Virus record (IMG/VR): IMGVR_UViG_3300025030_000042
Reading direction: 5' to 3' (one strand)
DNA length: 64,000 bases
Origin: a virus
Lineage: Duplodnaviria > Caudoviricetes
Shown: piece by piece, positions 20,843-31,330 of the stretch
Numbering within the stretch: position 1 is the stretch's first letter
Layout of the letters: each line of letters begins with the position of its first letter
Translations under genes and position numbers: made by a program
The notes under the pieces: model-generated
What the model was told of the DNA's origin: nothing
The model's database searches: none
Seen by the model: only the letters and a program-made list of their open reading frames with translations

Positions 20843-21242
20843 TCATTTATTTAACTTTATAGCGGCACATATATTAACTCTATACTTCTCCAATATCTTG
20901 CGAGAAAGACAGGTTTCTTTTGATGCTGGAACAACAACTCTGATCCAATAATCACCTTTGTTAGAAATTTTCACGACAATGCCGATATTGCCGGCATATG
21001 ATTTGATGAGATCACCTATCTTAATATCATCTTTATTCATTTAACTTAATGAGTCTTTTTTCAAAATCGAATGTTTTCTCAAAAACATTGTAACTGCTAT
21101 CATTACCCTTAACAACAACAATATAATGATACTTTGTCATATCAAGTTCTGGAACGATTTTTATTATTATTCCAATACTTCCGGCGATTGTATTTCTTAT
21201 GAGATCGCCAACTTTAATAATGGATTTCGGCATTTTGATCAT
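20843..21242 (-). CDS. Two KxGDL-family ORFs (20843-21040, 21033-21242)
   Basis: IKIGDLI / IKVGDLI ... IGI(V/I). Confidence 0.65.
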
Positions 21243-21389
21243 CCATCAAATATTCATCCCAATCGTAATAACAAGTTTTGCTTTCAAGTGGATGATTCGA
21301 AACATATTTTTTTAAAGAATCCAATGTCGAAAATGGTCCGATAATATATCGACCTTCGTGATGTTCTACCAAAACCAGAATCCATATTT

Positions 21390-21848
21390 TCATTGTTTAC
21401 TCTTTTGTTCCAAATACTTCTTATACTCAGCGCATGTTCTGCGGTTATGACCTTTTTCGCAACAAAACTGGCAAATATAAGTTCTTCCACTCTTCTTTTT
21501 AATATTTTGTTTTTGTTTACTTTTGCCGCCGGTGCGAACCTTTCGTTCCGTTCGCAAATGTTGATTAATTTTGGTCTTGACCGAATCGGATGTGGACGAA
21601 TATTCAATCAACGGATAAGGAAAACTGTTCAACCACTTATCCCACTCTTCTTCGGACTTGAAAGTTTTGCTCCAGATAACAAAATAGTTTTCTGATTTTG
21701 TATGTTTACCATCACCAGAGTTTCTCCAACCTTCCATATATAATTTGAGTTTATTTCCATTCTTTAAATCAATATTTTCGGTTTGAACACGATAAAGATA
21801 TTCTTCAACATTACCCGTTCTTATTCTCCAAGCGCTGGCCTCAATCAT
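21390..21848 (-). CDS. Protein with C-terminal CCHC zinc knuckle
   Basis: CQFCCEKGHNRRTC fits C-x2-C-x4-H-x4-C. Confidence 0.65.
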   Translation of the reverse strand: MIEASAWRIRTGNVEEYLYRVQTENIDLKNGNKLKLYMEGWRNSGDGKHTKSENYFVIWSKTFKSEEEWDKWLNSFPYPLIEYSSTSDSVKTKINQHLRTERKVRTGGKSKQKQNIKKKSGRTYICQFCCEKGHNRRTCAEYKKYLEQKSKQ

Positions 21849-22429
21849 TTGATTCTCCCATTTTAATTAAAATAATATTCAGAAGACTGTTGCTCGCAAA
21901 ATAATCAAATATATTATAATGTTTTGTTTTTATTTTGGGAAAAACATAATAATGATTTACTGGAATTGAATTCCCAACTCCTTTTTCTATTTTATATATA
22001 AACTTTATTCCATTTTCAAAATCTATATCTTTTATTTGAATCAAATCCCCTATTTTAAAATAATAACTATTCGATGATATTTTTTTCATATTGTCTCGCC
22101 CAAGCAACCGCATCATTCCAAGTGTTAGGTCTGTTTGAACTTACACCCATTATTTCATATAAAACACCAAGACGATTGATGGACATTTGTTGCCAGTTGC
22201 TCAACATTATTTCGTCACCAAGCGATACTTTATCAACTTCTTCTTCGGATAGATTTTGATACTTTTTTTGAATCCCGGATTCGATCGACCAAGAAACTTT
22301 CTCCAACATTGCTATTGACGCATAAAGAATGTTGTTGGTAACTTTTACAATACGATAGTATCCCAGAAATTTTTGAAGAATGGCGTAGACAAAAGCCCCG
22401 CCGGCAAACCATAGAAAAGAAGTGAGCAT
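21841..22429 (-). CDS. KxGDL-family ORF (21841-~22088) and membrane-anchored hypothetical (22067-22429)
   Basis: YFKIGDLIQ; N-terminal TM helix in the second ORF. Confidence 0.55.
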
Positions 22430-22470
22430 AAATATCTCCTGTCAAGAAAAAGTTGCTTACCTATGATCTG

Positions 22471-22498
22471 ATTGTAACACACGAAGAGCACGTGTCAA
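22471..22498 (-). promoter_or_regulatory. Sigma70-type promoter
   Basis: TTGACA-16-TACAAT. Confidence 0.65.
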
Positions 22499-22522
22499 GA
22501 AAATATTTTATAAAGATTTCAA

Positions 22523-23146
22523 CTACTTGTGGGCAACAGACTGTATAACTTCACGATATATGGAAGAAGCATCGTTGTTTAATATATCGCGAAACTTTCT
22601 TCTAACATAGGAACGAAATGGAAACATAAAGTAATAATCAGTTCTACAAAACTTATCAACATATTTCTCAATATCGATCAAATCTTCTTCTATTCCACCG
22701 ACAAAATGAACAAAATATATTGACATCTTAAAAGCTCTATATTCTAAATATGCTCTACCTAAACTTGGAATTGGCGCCAGACACAAAAGAAACAAAAGAA
22801 ACCACAAATTCCATATTGCCAATATTGAAAATATAGCCAATATTTGTGGAAATAAATAAACAAACTGAAATATTATTGGATATCTTTTTTGATCAGATAT
22901 GTGAATATATTCGTGTGCTATTAGGGTACAAGTTGTTAGATTGTTTGTTCCATTTAAAATGGAATCATAAACAGAACTTGAAAAATATATCTTTTTACCA
23001 ATCGTGGTTGTATAAGAGTTTAAAAATCCCCTGTTGAAAAACAAAAGAACCGAAAGTAACTTCATCAGTTTGCTTTCGGTTCGATCGATTATTTGAAAAT
23101 CTGGATGTTTTTGTTTAATAAACTGGATTAAAGAATCGGATAGCAA
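22523..23146 (-). CDS. Membrane-associated HEXXH zinc-metallopeptidase-like protein
   Basis: LIAHEYIH, a hydrophobic stretch, then a distal EYRAF. Confidence 0.6.
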   Translation of the reverse strand: MLSDSLIQFIKQKHPDFQIIDRTESKLMKLLSVLLFFNRGFLNSYTTTIGKKIYFSSSVYDSILNGTNNLTTCTLIAHEYIHISDQKRYPIIFQFVYLFPQILAIFSILAIWNLWFLLFLLCLAPIPSLGRAYLEYRAFKMSIYFVHFVGGIEEDLIDIEKYVDKFCRTDYYFMFPFRSYVRRKFRDILNNDASSIYREVIQSVAHK

Positions 23147-23155
23147 ATTAAAGTT

Positions 23156-23911
23156 TTACTTTTTAGATTGCTTTTTCTTTGATTCCGAAAGAAGTCGTTC
23201 GGCAACTCGCTTGGCAATCATATTGATCGCTTCGTTTACTTTTGTGGATTTCTTCCACTTTTGGCTCGCTTTGCCTTTATATGGATTCTTGGCTGATTCG
23301 TCGATTTCTTCGCCTTCACCAAGTTCAACAACTTCTTCAACGTATTCCGGTTTATCTTCCTCTTCTTCCTCGCCGCCTTCCATACCCTCTTCACCGCCTT
23401 CTGCGGGCGGTAACGGGGGCATCTCGTCGCCATCTGGCTCACCTGACGGCGCCATTTCTGCGCCCATATCGCCTTCAGCGGCAGGCGCCACACCAGCACC
23501 AGAAACATTTACGGAAACGCCAGAAACTTGCTGAATCGCATCGGCAATAGCGGAAACGAGATCGGCAACCATTGCTTCTTTTTCTGGATCGGGCTCGGCG
23601 TCGGGCATTTCTTCTGGCATTTCATCGCCCATGGGAGGCATTTCATCATCCGATCCCATATCCATTTCGGTCAGTTCTTCTTGTTCTTCAACTGCGGTCT
23701 CTTCTTCCATCTTTACTTCTTTGCCACCACCAAAGGTTTCATTCATCAACCCACCAATAGGTTGAATATTGGCAAGCTTCATGAAACGACGAATCGTCGC
23801 TTCATTTAGAAGTTCTTCTTTCTTGGTGTTTAGAACAAGCTTTTTAACCACTTTTGTCTTCGTTCCAGATCCAACCTTTTGAGAGGTTTTCTTGCTATTG
23901 TTATTACCCAT
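23156..23911 (-). CDS. Acidic low-complexity protein, possible head scaffold or late protein
   Basis: E/D/P/G/M-rich core with basic termini; AAGGAG RBS; CTATTTA upstream. Confidence 0.55.
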   Translation of the reverse strand: MGNNNSKKTSQKVGSGTKTKVVKKLVLNTKKEELLNEATIRRFMKLANIQPIGGLMNETFGGGKEVKMEEETAVEEQEELTEMDMGSDDEMPPMGDEMPEEMPDAEPDPEKEAMVADLVSAIADAIQQVSGVSVNVSGAGVAPAAEGDMGAEMAPSGEPDGDEMPPLPPAEGGEEGMEGGEEEEEDKPEYVEEVVELGEGEEIDESAKNPYKGKASQKWKKSTKVNEAINMIAKRVAERLLSESKKKQSKK

Positions 23912-23970
23912 ATTTAAGAGTCTCCTTGAATAAATATATCTATCTCCTTCTTTAAATAGTTTGTTATTTT

Positions 23971-24624
23971 TTAAAAATCATCATCTTCTGGATTATTTTC
24001 AACAGATAATAGTTCTTCGTCTAATATATCAAAAATATTTTCTATTTCATCCGCAGAAAGCAAAGCAAACTTCTTTTTCATCATATTGCCTCGCTTTTTC
24101 ATTCTTCTTTCAACATTTTGTTGTTGTTTTGAAAGCAATAACTTGGTAGAGTTTTGCGTTCTTTCGCATTCTACTTCTCTCAAAAAATTCATAACTCTTT
24201 CATCATTTTCCAAATACTTATCAACAAAATCTTTGAAAAAGTCTTTTATTTTTATTCCATCGTGATTGAGTTTAATAAAAAGTTCCGCTCTTTTTTTGTC
24301 GGACTCTTTATAAAAATAACTTTTTTTTAATATATCCTTTACCGATCTAAAATCTTCTTGACCGTAATTGACTTCTCCTTCTTCTTTTAAAAGTTTATTT
24401 TCTAAAGAACGATTACTTTTTATTATTCTTCTTTCTTCTAAAACTGTTTTTTTTTCTTCTTCTGTAAGATTGTCCCAACCTTTTTCTATAAGTTCATCAT
24501 AAACTGGATAATCTAATAAAATCTTTTCTTTCTTTTCCGGCGGGGCCTCAAACTTTTTTACCCACCACGGTTGATTTTTATAATCAATCGATCCGGAAAT
24601 GGTGTTATTTTTCTTCTCTTCCAT
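23971..24624 (-). CDS. Hypothetical protein
   Basis: 217-aa charged ORF. Confidence 0.6.
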   Translation of the reverse strand: MEEKKNNTISGSIDYKNQPWWVKKFEAPPEKKEKILLDYPVYDELIEKGWDNLTEEEKKTVLEERRIIKSNRSLENKLLKEEGEVNYGQEDFRSVKDILKKSYFYKESDKKRAELFIKLNHDGIKIKDFFKDFVDKYLENDERVMNFLREVECERTQNSTKLLLSKQQQNVERRMKKRGNMMKKKFALLSADEIENIFDILDEELLSVENNPEDDDF

Positions 24625-25652
24625 TATGCTTTTTCTAATATATGTGGACGACTTTCTTTTTGTCCCATTGCGGTTCGTTTCATAAAATCCGCCTTATGTT
24701 GAAGTTCTTTTATATTGAATGCCCCCGAATAAGATAATCCAGAACGAACACCACGACAAATATCTTCAATCACATCTTCAACACATCCTTTATAATCAAC
24801 ATAGGTTGAAATCCCCTCATCCGAAGAAAACTCACCTTTATATGATATTTGTGCGGTTTTAGATCCCATACCAGAATATACTTTACACAAACGATTATTG
24901 TGGGCTAGAATATCTCCGGGACATTGATCTGTGCCGGCGAGCATTGACCCAAGCATTACAAAAGATCCGCCCGCTCCCAAAGCTTTGACGACATCTCCAC
25001 TATTTTTACATCCACCATCAGCAATAATCGGAACGCCATATTGTTTTGAAATAGAACAGCAATCTACTATTGATTGAAATGTTGGTAAACCATGACCAGT
25101 TTGAACAGAAGTGCTACAGATTGAACCTGGAGATACTCCCACACGAATACTATTCGCACCGGCTTGACACAAACCTTCAAAAGCATCCTCTGTAGCAACA
25201 TTGCCGACCATCAAATGGAAGCGATCATTAAATCTATTTTTGATTTCAAATATTGCTTGTTCCATCAATATAGAATCGCCGTGGGCAACATCTAAACAAA
25301 TAATATCAACATTATATTGTTCCAACACCTCTATTCTTTTTAGATAATCTCCAGTTACTCCAACAGCAAAAGCAGTTAAAACATTGTGTTCATTCAGTTT
25401 TTTTATAATATCAACTTGTCTTTCTAATGTCATATAACGATGAACAATACCCAATCCACCGACGCGAGACATTGCGAGTGCCATTTCAATTTCACAAATC
25501 GTGCTCATTGGACTGGCGATAATAGGAATAGAAAGATTGATGTTTCTTCCAAGATTTGAAGACAAATCAACATCTTTTCTACTTTTGACCATACTGTATT
25601 GTGGAACCAAAAGAACATCGTCATAACATAAGGCAGTTTTTATTTCATTCAT
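24624..25652 (-). CDS. guaB: IMP dehydrogenase (CBS-less GuaB/GuaC family)
   Basis: YDDVLLVP, IIASPM, DVAHG, GSICST with catalytic Cys, IIADGG, MLGSMLAG, YSGMGS. Confidence 0.9.
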   Translation of the reverse strand: MNEIKTALCYDDVLLVPQYSMVKSRKDVDLSSNLGRNINLSIPIIASPMSTICEIEMALAMSRVGGLGIVHRYMTLERQVDIIKKLNEHNVLTAFAVGVTGDYLKRIEVLEQYNVDIICLDVAHGDSILMEQAIFEIKNRFNDRFHLMVGNVATEDAFEGLCQAGANSIRVGVSPGSICSTSVQTGHGLPTFQSIVDCCSISKQYGVPIIADGGCKNSGDVVKALGAGGSFVMLGSMLAGTDQCPGDILAHNNRLCKVYSGMGSKTAQISYKGEFSSDEGISTYVDYKGCVEDVIEDICRGVRSGLSYSGAFNIKELQHKADFMKRTAMGQKESRPHILEKA

Positions 25653-25655
25653 ATT

Positions 25656-26147
25656 TTATCTATCCAAAATTTCAAAATAAGGGGAATCATTGATACAAAG
25701 ATTTCGACATCCGCTATCAAAAACAACCACCATTGAAGGAAATGGAGCAGAGTTTTTGCTATCGCCAAACTTCAATCGACCTTTGACAAAATATATTTTA
25801 TATGCTTTCATACAATATTGATGAAAAGACTTCGTATCTGTTCTTGCCGGCAAAAGCATTACTACTTTAGTATTCGGTTTAAGACTCTCCAAATATCCCT
25901 TCTCAACCCATCGCTTAAGATCTTTTCCGTAAGGCGGGTTATTATATATAACATTATTACTCCAATCTTGTTTTAGCCCATCATCTTCAACGGTGTAAAA
26001 CTTTGAACATTTGGCATTTTCTTTTGTTGACGCCGGATCCAAAGTAAATGGACCGAACATAGTATTTAGTTTGTTATAAAAACCTTGTGGTGTAGCCCAT
26101 TCGTTATCTTTGGAGGAAAATAAAACTTCTTGTGTTTTTTTGTTCAT
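25656..26147 (-). CDS. Phage DNA N6-adenine methyltransferase (Dam-like)
   Basis: EWATP, FTLDPA, DDGLKQDW, NPPYG, LLPARTD, GRLKF. Confidence 0.9.
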   Translation of the reverse strand: MNKKTQEVLFSSKDNEWATPQGFYNKLNTMFGPFTLDPASTKENAKCSKFYTVEDDGLKQDWSNNVIYNNPPYGKDLKRWVEKGYLESLKPNTKVVMLLPARTDTKSFHQYCMKAYKIYFVKGRLKFGDSKNSAPFPSMVVVFDSGCRNLCINDSPYFEILDR

Positions 26148-26148
26148 T

Positions 26149-26706
26149 TTATTTTTCCAAATTTAATAAATCTATATCAGATTCTACTTCATTACCCCAA
26201 ACATCCCAACCATCTGATTTATTACGAGCAAATAACTCAATGCGAGGTAAATCACCACACAAATCTATAATTCTTTTTTTAACTTCTTCTGGTTTTTTAC
26301 TATGAGATTCTATAGGGGTATCAACAATAGAATGAACTCCACAATTTATCCTTTTTGGTTTTCCTTTCGTAGCGATCAAACAAAGTTCAGCGTTTGCTCT
26401 TGTCCATCTTCCCATACCCCAAAACCAACTTGGTGCTTTTTTATTTCTTTTTACCCAAGTAAATCCAACAGTTTTATATTCAAATCCCCATTGAGAAATA
26501 ACTGACCAACATTCATTCAACTTTGGCATTGTTACCCATAAAAATAAAATACTATCATCTGTTGAAATGTCTTTTACTGGAAGATTACAAATCCAGTTAT
26601 TGGATTGTGTGTTATATTTACAACCAGCACCTCTATTTCCCGATAATGCTTTATCTTTATATTCCCACGGAGGATCGGCATATATAATATTATATTTTTT
26701 ATTCAT
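26149..26706 (-). CDS. MT-A70 family adenine methyltransferase
   Basis: YNIIYADPPW, LFLWVT, HSKKP, PRIELFAR; start set to the ATG at 26706. Confidence 0.9.
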   Translation of the reverse strand: MNKKYNIIYADPPWEYKDKALSGNRGAGCKYNTQSNNWICNLPVKDISTDDSILFLWVTMPKLNECWSVISQWGFEYKTVGFTWVKRNKKAPSWFWGMGRWTRANAELCLIATKGKPKRINCGVHSIVDTPIESHSKKPEEVKKRIIDLCGDLPRIELFARNKSDGWDVWGNEVESDIDLLNLEK

Positions 26707-26707
26707 T

Positions 26708-27199
26708 TTAATCTCCCGTTGTCCCGAACCCGCCTCTCGTGGCTCTATTTGATTCTTGAAGTTCTTCCAACGGCATTTCGCAAATATCAGGTTGTAACAA
26801 TGGTCGCAAAATAAGTTGGGCAATACGAGAATGTTTTTTTAATGTAATGGCATTCAAATAATAAGAATCTTCTGATAATACATTTAGTAATGGAATCTTG
26901 ATTTCGTCGGCGGGGCCGCAAAAATCAAAATCCAAAACGCCTACGCCATTTACCTGAACAAGTCCGGGATTTTTTATTGGCGTGCTCGATCTCAAACACA
27001 ACTCATACCAATATCCCATCGGCGGTTTTACGACAATGCCGGTTCTTGCCAATACTACTTGCCTTGGTGGAATAAAAGTATCTTCCAACAAATATAGATC
27101 ACAACCAGACGATTGCGGAGTCCCATAAGTCGGAATGATTGCGTCTGGATGGATTCTTGTAAAATATGATTTGGCACGACCTTTATTTGTGTTTGTCAT
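26708..27199 (-). CDS. dut: Trimeric dUTPase
   Basis: SSGCDL, RSS, GVLDFDF, RIAQLI, RGGFGTTG. Confidence 0.88.
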   Translation of the reverse strand: MTNTNKGRAKSYFTRIHPDAIIPTYGTPQSSGCDLYLLEDTFIPPRQVVLARTGIVVKPPMGYWYELCLRSSTPIKNPGLVQVNGVGVLDFDFCGPADEIKIPLLNVLSEDSYYLNAITLKKHSRIAQLILRPLLQPDICEMPLEELQESNRATRGGFGTTGD

Positions 27200-27203
27200 T
27201 ATA

Positions 27204-28247
27204 TCACCACCACTCTTCATTATCTTTTTCTTCAACCCATTCTGCTCCATCGTATTCACGAATTTTATAGGGTCCCGAAACGCTTTCCACCTCTAAATTC
27301 CCCAATCCCAACAAACAAACATAATTTTTATTATATTTCTCTTGTATTTCCTTAACCATTTGTAAAACAACTGAGTGATTTTCTGTTAAAATCTCTCCTT
27401 TTTCAACAAGTTCAATAATCGGTTCATATTCCGCCATAAACTTCCCAACGCCTTCATTATTCCAAGACGACCATCCCGCGCCATATCCTCTTGATATTAA
27501 TACTTTTTTCATTTCAACCACCTGTTCCAGAAGGAAAAAATTTACAGTGTCTACATTCCGAACAAAAACAAGGATTTTCGGGTTTACATTGTTCCAACAA
27601 ATCTAAATCTATAACCTCTTTTTCAAATGCCTTTTTATAATATTCAAAATCACTTTTGAGTTCTTCCAAAAATTCCCCACCAATACCCACAGAATCTTCT
27701 GTCCACGATTCTATCTTACCTTCTTCATCATAATAAACTTCTCGGATAGAATAAAAACCATCTATTTTTGTTATTCTATAGTTCCAAGTCATTTTGAATC
27801 TCCTGTTATGTATAGGGTTCGGATTCAAACCTATAGACACCACCATCATACTCAACATAAACTAAATAACATTTATTTTCAGATTGATTAATAAACTCAA
27901 GAGCTTCTTCTTTTTCATAGAAATGTTGAGAATATAAATCGTTGTCATTTAACTCTATAACGAAGTATTGATTTTTTAAAAATCCATCTCCAATAAAAGG
28001 CATCTTATTCCCCTATCTTAATCTTACATTTTTCAGTATTGAAAAAGATTCTTCTTTTATCTACACCACCGAAATCGCACAAACATCTCGTAACGCCCAA
28101 ATATTCGTCTCTTCCGTGCCACCAAGCATTATTCGTTTTCTCAACAGCAGAGCACAAATCATAGCAACATTCATCCATTTTGTCAAATGGATCTCCTCCA
28201 CAAGACGCAAAAAAGATCGCCGATACAATAAAAAACAATCTTTTCAT
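27204..28247 (-). CDS. Cluster of hypothetical ORFs (27204-27521, 27514-~27790, 27806-28003, 28005-28247 lipoprotein-like)
   Basis: ISRGYGAGWS..IREYDGAE and MTWNYRI are familiar phage small-protein patterns; FASCG lipobox. Confidence 0.55.
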
Positions 28248-28532
28248 CTATTTTTCATTCTCTTCGCATTTCATATAATACCCATTTAATATTGCGTCTT
28301 TGATTTTTCGATCGTTTTCCTTTCGTTCATATTTTTCAATAATACGATCCAAATACCATTTCGCTTTTTTAAGATCTTTTAAAGGTTCTTCTTTGAAAGG
28401 ATGTCTGGAAACATATTTTATAATGTTTCCGGTCGCAAAATCCATATTCCAGGACTCAATGAAATCTATTACTTCTATTCCTTGATTATAATGGGAGGGA
28501 TGATTTACTTGTTCTTTTTTGTTTTCATTCAC
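28248..28532 (-). CDS. DUF3310 / T7 gp1.7-like nucleotide-kinase-related protein
   Basis: VNHPSHY, GIEVID, GNIIKY..R, DLKKAKWYL. Confidence 0.85.
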   Translation of the reverse strand: MNENKKEQVNHPSHYNQGIEVIDFIESWNMDFATGNIIKYVSRHPFKEEPLKDLKKAKWYLDRIIEKYERKENDRKIKDAILNGYYMKCEENEK

Positions 28533-28765
28533 ATTAGCACCTTTTCTACTTGATCTAAATCGCTTTTCCAGATTTTCGGAAACCCTTTATATTGTGGCCA
28601 GTAACATACGATTTTTATTGTTCCGTTGACCGATTCATACATTTCATATACAACACCAACTCCAAAAAATCCATGCCACATTTCCGCTTCTCTATCAATA
28701 AACTTTACAAGATTTCCTATCTTTATCTGCTCAACAATCTTGATCTTTTTTCTTTCCTGTGTCAT
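28529..28765 (-). CDS. KxGDL-family ORF
   Basis: IKIGNLV...GVGVV...VCYW. Confidence 0.55.
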   Translation of the reverse strand: MTQERKKIKIVEQIKIGNLVKFIDREAEMWHGFFGVGVVYEMYESVNGTIKIVCYWPQYKGFPKIWKSDLDQVEKVLM

Positions 28766-29213
28766 TCAAACTCTTTTGCGTCTGCTGATATTTTACAACA
28801 CTAACTCCTCTCTTAAATAGAATCTCAAGACCGGTTGTGTCTCTATATTCTATTTCATAAATGACAGTTTTAATGGTTGTAGCATTTATGATGGCACGAG
28901 CACATATCTTACAAGGACTATGAGTTAAATACATTTTCTTTTCTCGGACATCATCATACGGCATTTTAATCAAACTGTTTATTTCACTATGAATCGTTCC
29001 TTCTTCGCCAGGAAGTAAAGAATCTGGTTCATTTAGTTCACTGCCACTTTCTATTCCATTATATCCAAGACTTAAAACACAATGATTGTCAGAAGTTACA
29101 ATAACACTACCAACCTTCGTTCGTGGACTATGAGATCGCTGGGCAATAATAAAAGCAAGATTCATCCAGATTGAATCCCAAGTGGGGCGATTATCTATTT
29201 TGTTGTCGGACAT
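28731..29213 (-). CDS. dCMP deaminase
   Basis: KVGSVIV, LGYNG, HSEINSL, HSPCKICA. Confidence 0.92.
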   Translation of the reverse strand: MSDNKIDNRPTWDSIWMNLAFIIAQRSHSPRTKVGSVIVTSDNHCVLSLGYNGIESGSELNEPDSLLPGEEGTIHSEINSLIKMPYDDVREKKMYLTHSPCKICARAIINATTIKTVIYEIEYRDTTGLEILFKRGVSVVKYQQTQKSLNDTGKKKDQDC

Positions 29214-29625
29214 TCAACCACCCATTTTACCAACTCAATGAAATCTTTTGGAAACCCAACATTTTCAATATTATGAAGAAATATCATATTATTTTCTATT
29301 CTACTTATTTTTCCAAGATGTCCATCAATTCCTTTTAGTTCTTTTGGAAGTTGATAATCTTTTGGTATTCTTACGAACGCCCAATCGTTTATCTTCGGTA
29401 TTCTTGATATTTCTTTCGTCATTTCTGGCAAACTTTTTTAATAAAATCCAAATTATCAACAATCTTAAATGGTTCATAATGTATTTCGGAAATATCTGCC
29501 CAATATATTCTATATGATTTTCCCTTAGCAGATAAAATCACACCAAACGCCTCTTTTTGAACATTATGAATATCATACTTCATTCTTATCAAATCACCTT
29601 GTTTATATTTCGGCGGCATTGTAAG
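29195..29625 (-). CDS. Two short ORFs; the one ending at 29419 is KxGDL family
   Basis: KYKQGDLI...FGVIL...YRIYW. Confidence 0.55.
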
Positions 29626-30619
29626 ACCATTTGATTTCTTTTGTTGTATTCGTATTTTTTTGAACGGCATCAATAAAAATATTCTTAAACTCTTCTTCAT
29701 TGGAACATTCATAAAGTTCATTATTCATATTGAAAAGTTTCCATACTCCGACTTCTTTAAGAATGTCCATTTTATTGACGATTAAATGTGTTGCTCCGTT
29801 GATTTGAATGGCGCGAATGAGGGAAGGTAGATCCAAATAGTTACAGAATCTTTTTCTTCCTGTCGTTGCTCCGATTTCTTTTCCAACTACCTGTAATCGC
29901 TCAAGATTTGAATCATTCGTATTCTGGAATCCTATTTTGTTTCCCACATATGTATCATATGATTTACACACACCTACGATATTTCTAATCCATTGGTGCG
30001 GAATACCACTCAACAACGCTCCAGCGGCAGTGGTATGAGAACTTGTAACATAAGGATACTCTCCGATCGAAATATCAAGAAATGTTCCCTGTGCTCCCTC
30101 CATAAGAATCGTTTTTGATTTTCCATCGTGTATTTCATCATAAAAATCAACAAGATACGACTGAAGTTCTGGAACATCTTTTGCTTGTAATCCAATGCGA
30201 GCATATTTATCGCGATATGCCGGACCAATACCTTGTTTTGTTGTGCCGATCTTTGAATCTCGTTCGTCTTCCAAAATATTATCAAATGTAACAATGTGTG
30301 TGTTTCTTGAGATTTTCACCAAATCGTGAATGTTTTTGATGCCGGCATCATATAAAGAAGACATTTCTTCAAAAAACTTTACTGGATTTAAAACACATTC
30401 GGGACCGATAATGGATTTAATACCAAAGAATATTCCTGCCGGTAAATGGTGAAGAATGACTTTTTCGTCATTATGATACAGCGATCCACCTGAATTACCA
30501 CCGCCACTAAAACGTATTGAATGTGTATAATCTCCGTTTTTCAATAGATTGTAGCAAATTTTTTTCTTTCCGCAATCTCCCCATTTTAAATCTATAAGAA
30601 TATCAACGACTTGCGTCAT
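29603..30619 (-). CDS. purA: Adenylosuccinate synthetase homolog, short and divergent
   Basis: WGDCGK, MEGAQG, YPYVTSS, GATTGRKR, NKMD; atypical P-loop and the His41-equivalent is Gly. Confidence 0.85.
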   Translation of the reverse strand: MTQVVDILIDLKWGDCGKKKICYNLLKNGDYTHSIRFSGGGNSGGSLYHNDEKVILHHLPAGIFFGIKSIIGPECVLNPVKFFEEMSSLYDAGIKNIHDLVKISRNTHIVTFDNILEDERDSKIGTTKQGIGPAYRDKYARIGLQAKDVPELQSYLVDFYDEIHDGKSKTILMEGAQGTFLDISIGEYPYVTSSHTTAAGALLSGIPHQWIRNIVGVCKSYDTYVGNKIGFQNTNDSNLERLQVVGKEIGATTGRKRFCNYLDLPSLIRAIQINGATHLIVNKMDILKEVGVWKLFNMNNELYECSNEEEFKNIFIDAVQKNTNTTKEIKWSYNAAEI

Positions 30620-31324
30620 CTTAACACCTTTAGTTGCCAAATCTCTTTTGATAGTTCTTCATAATCTTCAAATTGCCCGAATAGTTTATCATCAAACATA
30701 AAACAAAAAATATCATATACTTCTTTATAAAAATCATCAAATGATTTGAACCTTTCAAAAGCCTCCAAAATAAGTTCTGCTTCTGGAAAGTATTCATCAG
30801 GCGCGCCCAAAGAAAACAACGCCATTGGATCGTGATGAGCAATAATGTCTGCGATCATTTTTGTTGTGATGATCATTTCATTTTCCCTTGGTTGTGGATA
30901 AAATGTGTTTTCCTTGGCACAAGGCCAAATATGAGTTGTATAAGGATTTTTATCATCCATTTTCGTTTTCTGTTTCTATTTTGGTCAACCTCGTATCTTC
31001 TTCTATCGATTCAATCCCTCGTTTGGTCCAAAAAACAATACTATATTTACCAAAAACGCCTTGATAATAAACTTATCTTTTTTAGAATGACACCATGCTC
31101 TTCCTTAGAAGTCCCCACGGAACTTTTTTAACTAAATCACCGACATTTAAATCTGGAATAGAACCCGTATGGGTATATGTATATGGAAGATTAAATACTC
31201 CTGCGGTATTGTTGCCGGTTATAGTTATAGTTCTAAACTCACTATTGTCGCCGGTAAGAAAATCCGATTGTATGTCTTCCAAGGCTTTTTTTAAAGAACA
31301 GGGTGCAATATCTTTCTTTTTCAT
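30616..31324 (-). CDS. Hypothetical ORFs (30616-~30880, unannotated short ORF ~30950-31080, 31082-31324)
   Basis: DPM.L...GAPDEY pattern; 31082-31324 ends with IPDLNVGDLV. Confidence 0.5.
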
Positions 31325-31330
31325 TTTATG

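Noticed and set aside
29603-30619. PurZ / Z-genome (2-aminoadenine) pathway
   Set aside because: The Asp13, Thr271, Arg303 and K-x-D equivalents are PurA-like, not the PurZ substitutions; no DatZ or MazZ recognised in the window.
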